A DNA stretch of 64,000 bases. Source: Hormiphora californensis (taxonomy: Eukaryota > Animalia > Ctenophora). The position numbers were made by a program, and so were the translations under genes. The DNA lies in NCBI GenBank assembly GCA_020137815.1, contig CM035356.1, positions 2,356,001 to 2,420,000 of the forward strand, read 5' to 3'. This document shows, one piece after another, positions 63,655 through 64,000 of the stretch. Positions within the stretch are counted from its first letter, which is position 1. Each line of letters begins with the position of its first letter. The notes beneath the pieces are model-generated. The model had not been told where the DNA came from and ran no database searches. It saw only the letters and a list, made by a program, of their open reading frames with translations.

Positions 63655-64000
63655 CTACTCCATCTCTCAGCTATCCTACCCCTCATCAACTCGATCTCTC
63701 AGCTACCCTACCCCTCATCTACTCCATCTTTCAGCTACCCTACCCCTCATCTACTCCATCTTTCAGCTACCCTACCCCTTATCTAGTCCATCTCTCAGCT
63801 ACCCTACTCCTCATCTACTCCATCTCTATGCTTCCCTAGCCCTCATCAACTCCATCTTTCAGCTACCCTACCCCTAATCTAGTCCATCTCTCCGCTACCC
63901 TACTCCTCATCTACTCCATCTCTCAGCTACCCTACCTCCCATTTACTCCATCTCTCAGCTACCCTACCTCCCATTTACTCCATCTCTCAGCTTCCCTACC
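63655..64000. repeat. About 32-bp minisatellite, runs off the window end
   Basis: Unit CTACTCCATCTCTCAGCTACCCTACCCCTCAT. Confidence 0.9.

Overview
Eukaryotic (animal) genomic DNA from a compact genome with short GT-AG introns, (AG)n microsatellites and many MITEs. A ctenophore-like invertebrate is my guess only. Positions 3035-33950 form one giant, error-rich inverted repeat folded at about 20018. It begins exactly at a 100-N gap and is most likely a long-read fold-back artefact. It duplicates a class-A GPCR-like gene and a tight THG1L-POP4-PIH1D1 cluster. The cleaner right half carries MRPS35, a degenerate KH-repeat-like gene, a CR1 LINE fragment, a 1261-bp tandem duplication, PSMA6, RPL22, an ABCG half-transporter with a degenerate ATPase domain, and AP4B1. 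Best biological leads: (1) seven housekeeping genes have a 3' splice-acceptor AG 1-14 nt before the ATG, and THG1L-POP4-PIH1D1 are only 125/210 bp apart, suggesting spliced-leader trans-splicing and an operon linking two consecutive tRNA-His 5'-maturation enzymes; (2) probable nested genes, including same-strand MRPS35 inside a KH-gene intron; (3) a TGGCGCCA (E2F-like) array element present in only one copy of the GPCR locus; (4) minisatellites built from exon-intron junctions. All gene identities come from my recollection of family motifs, not from database searches.
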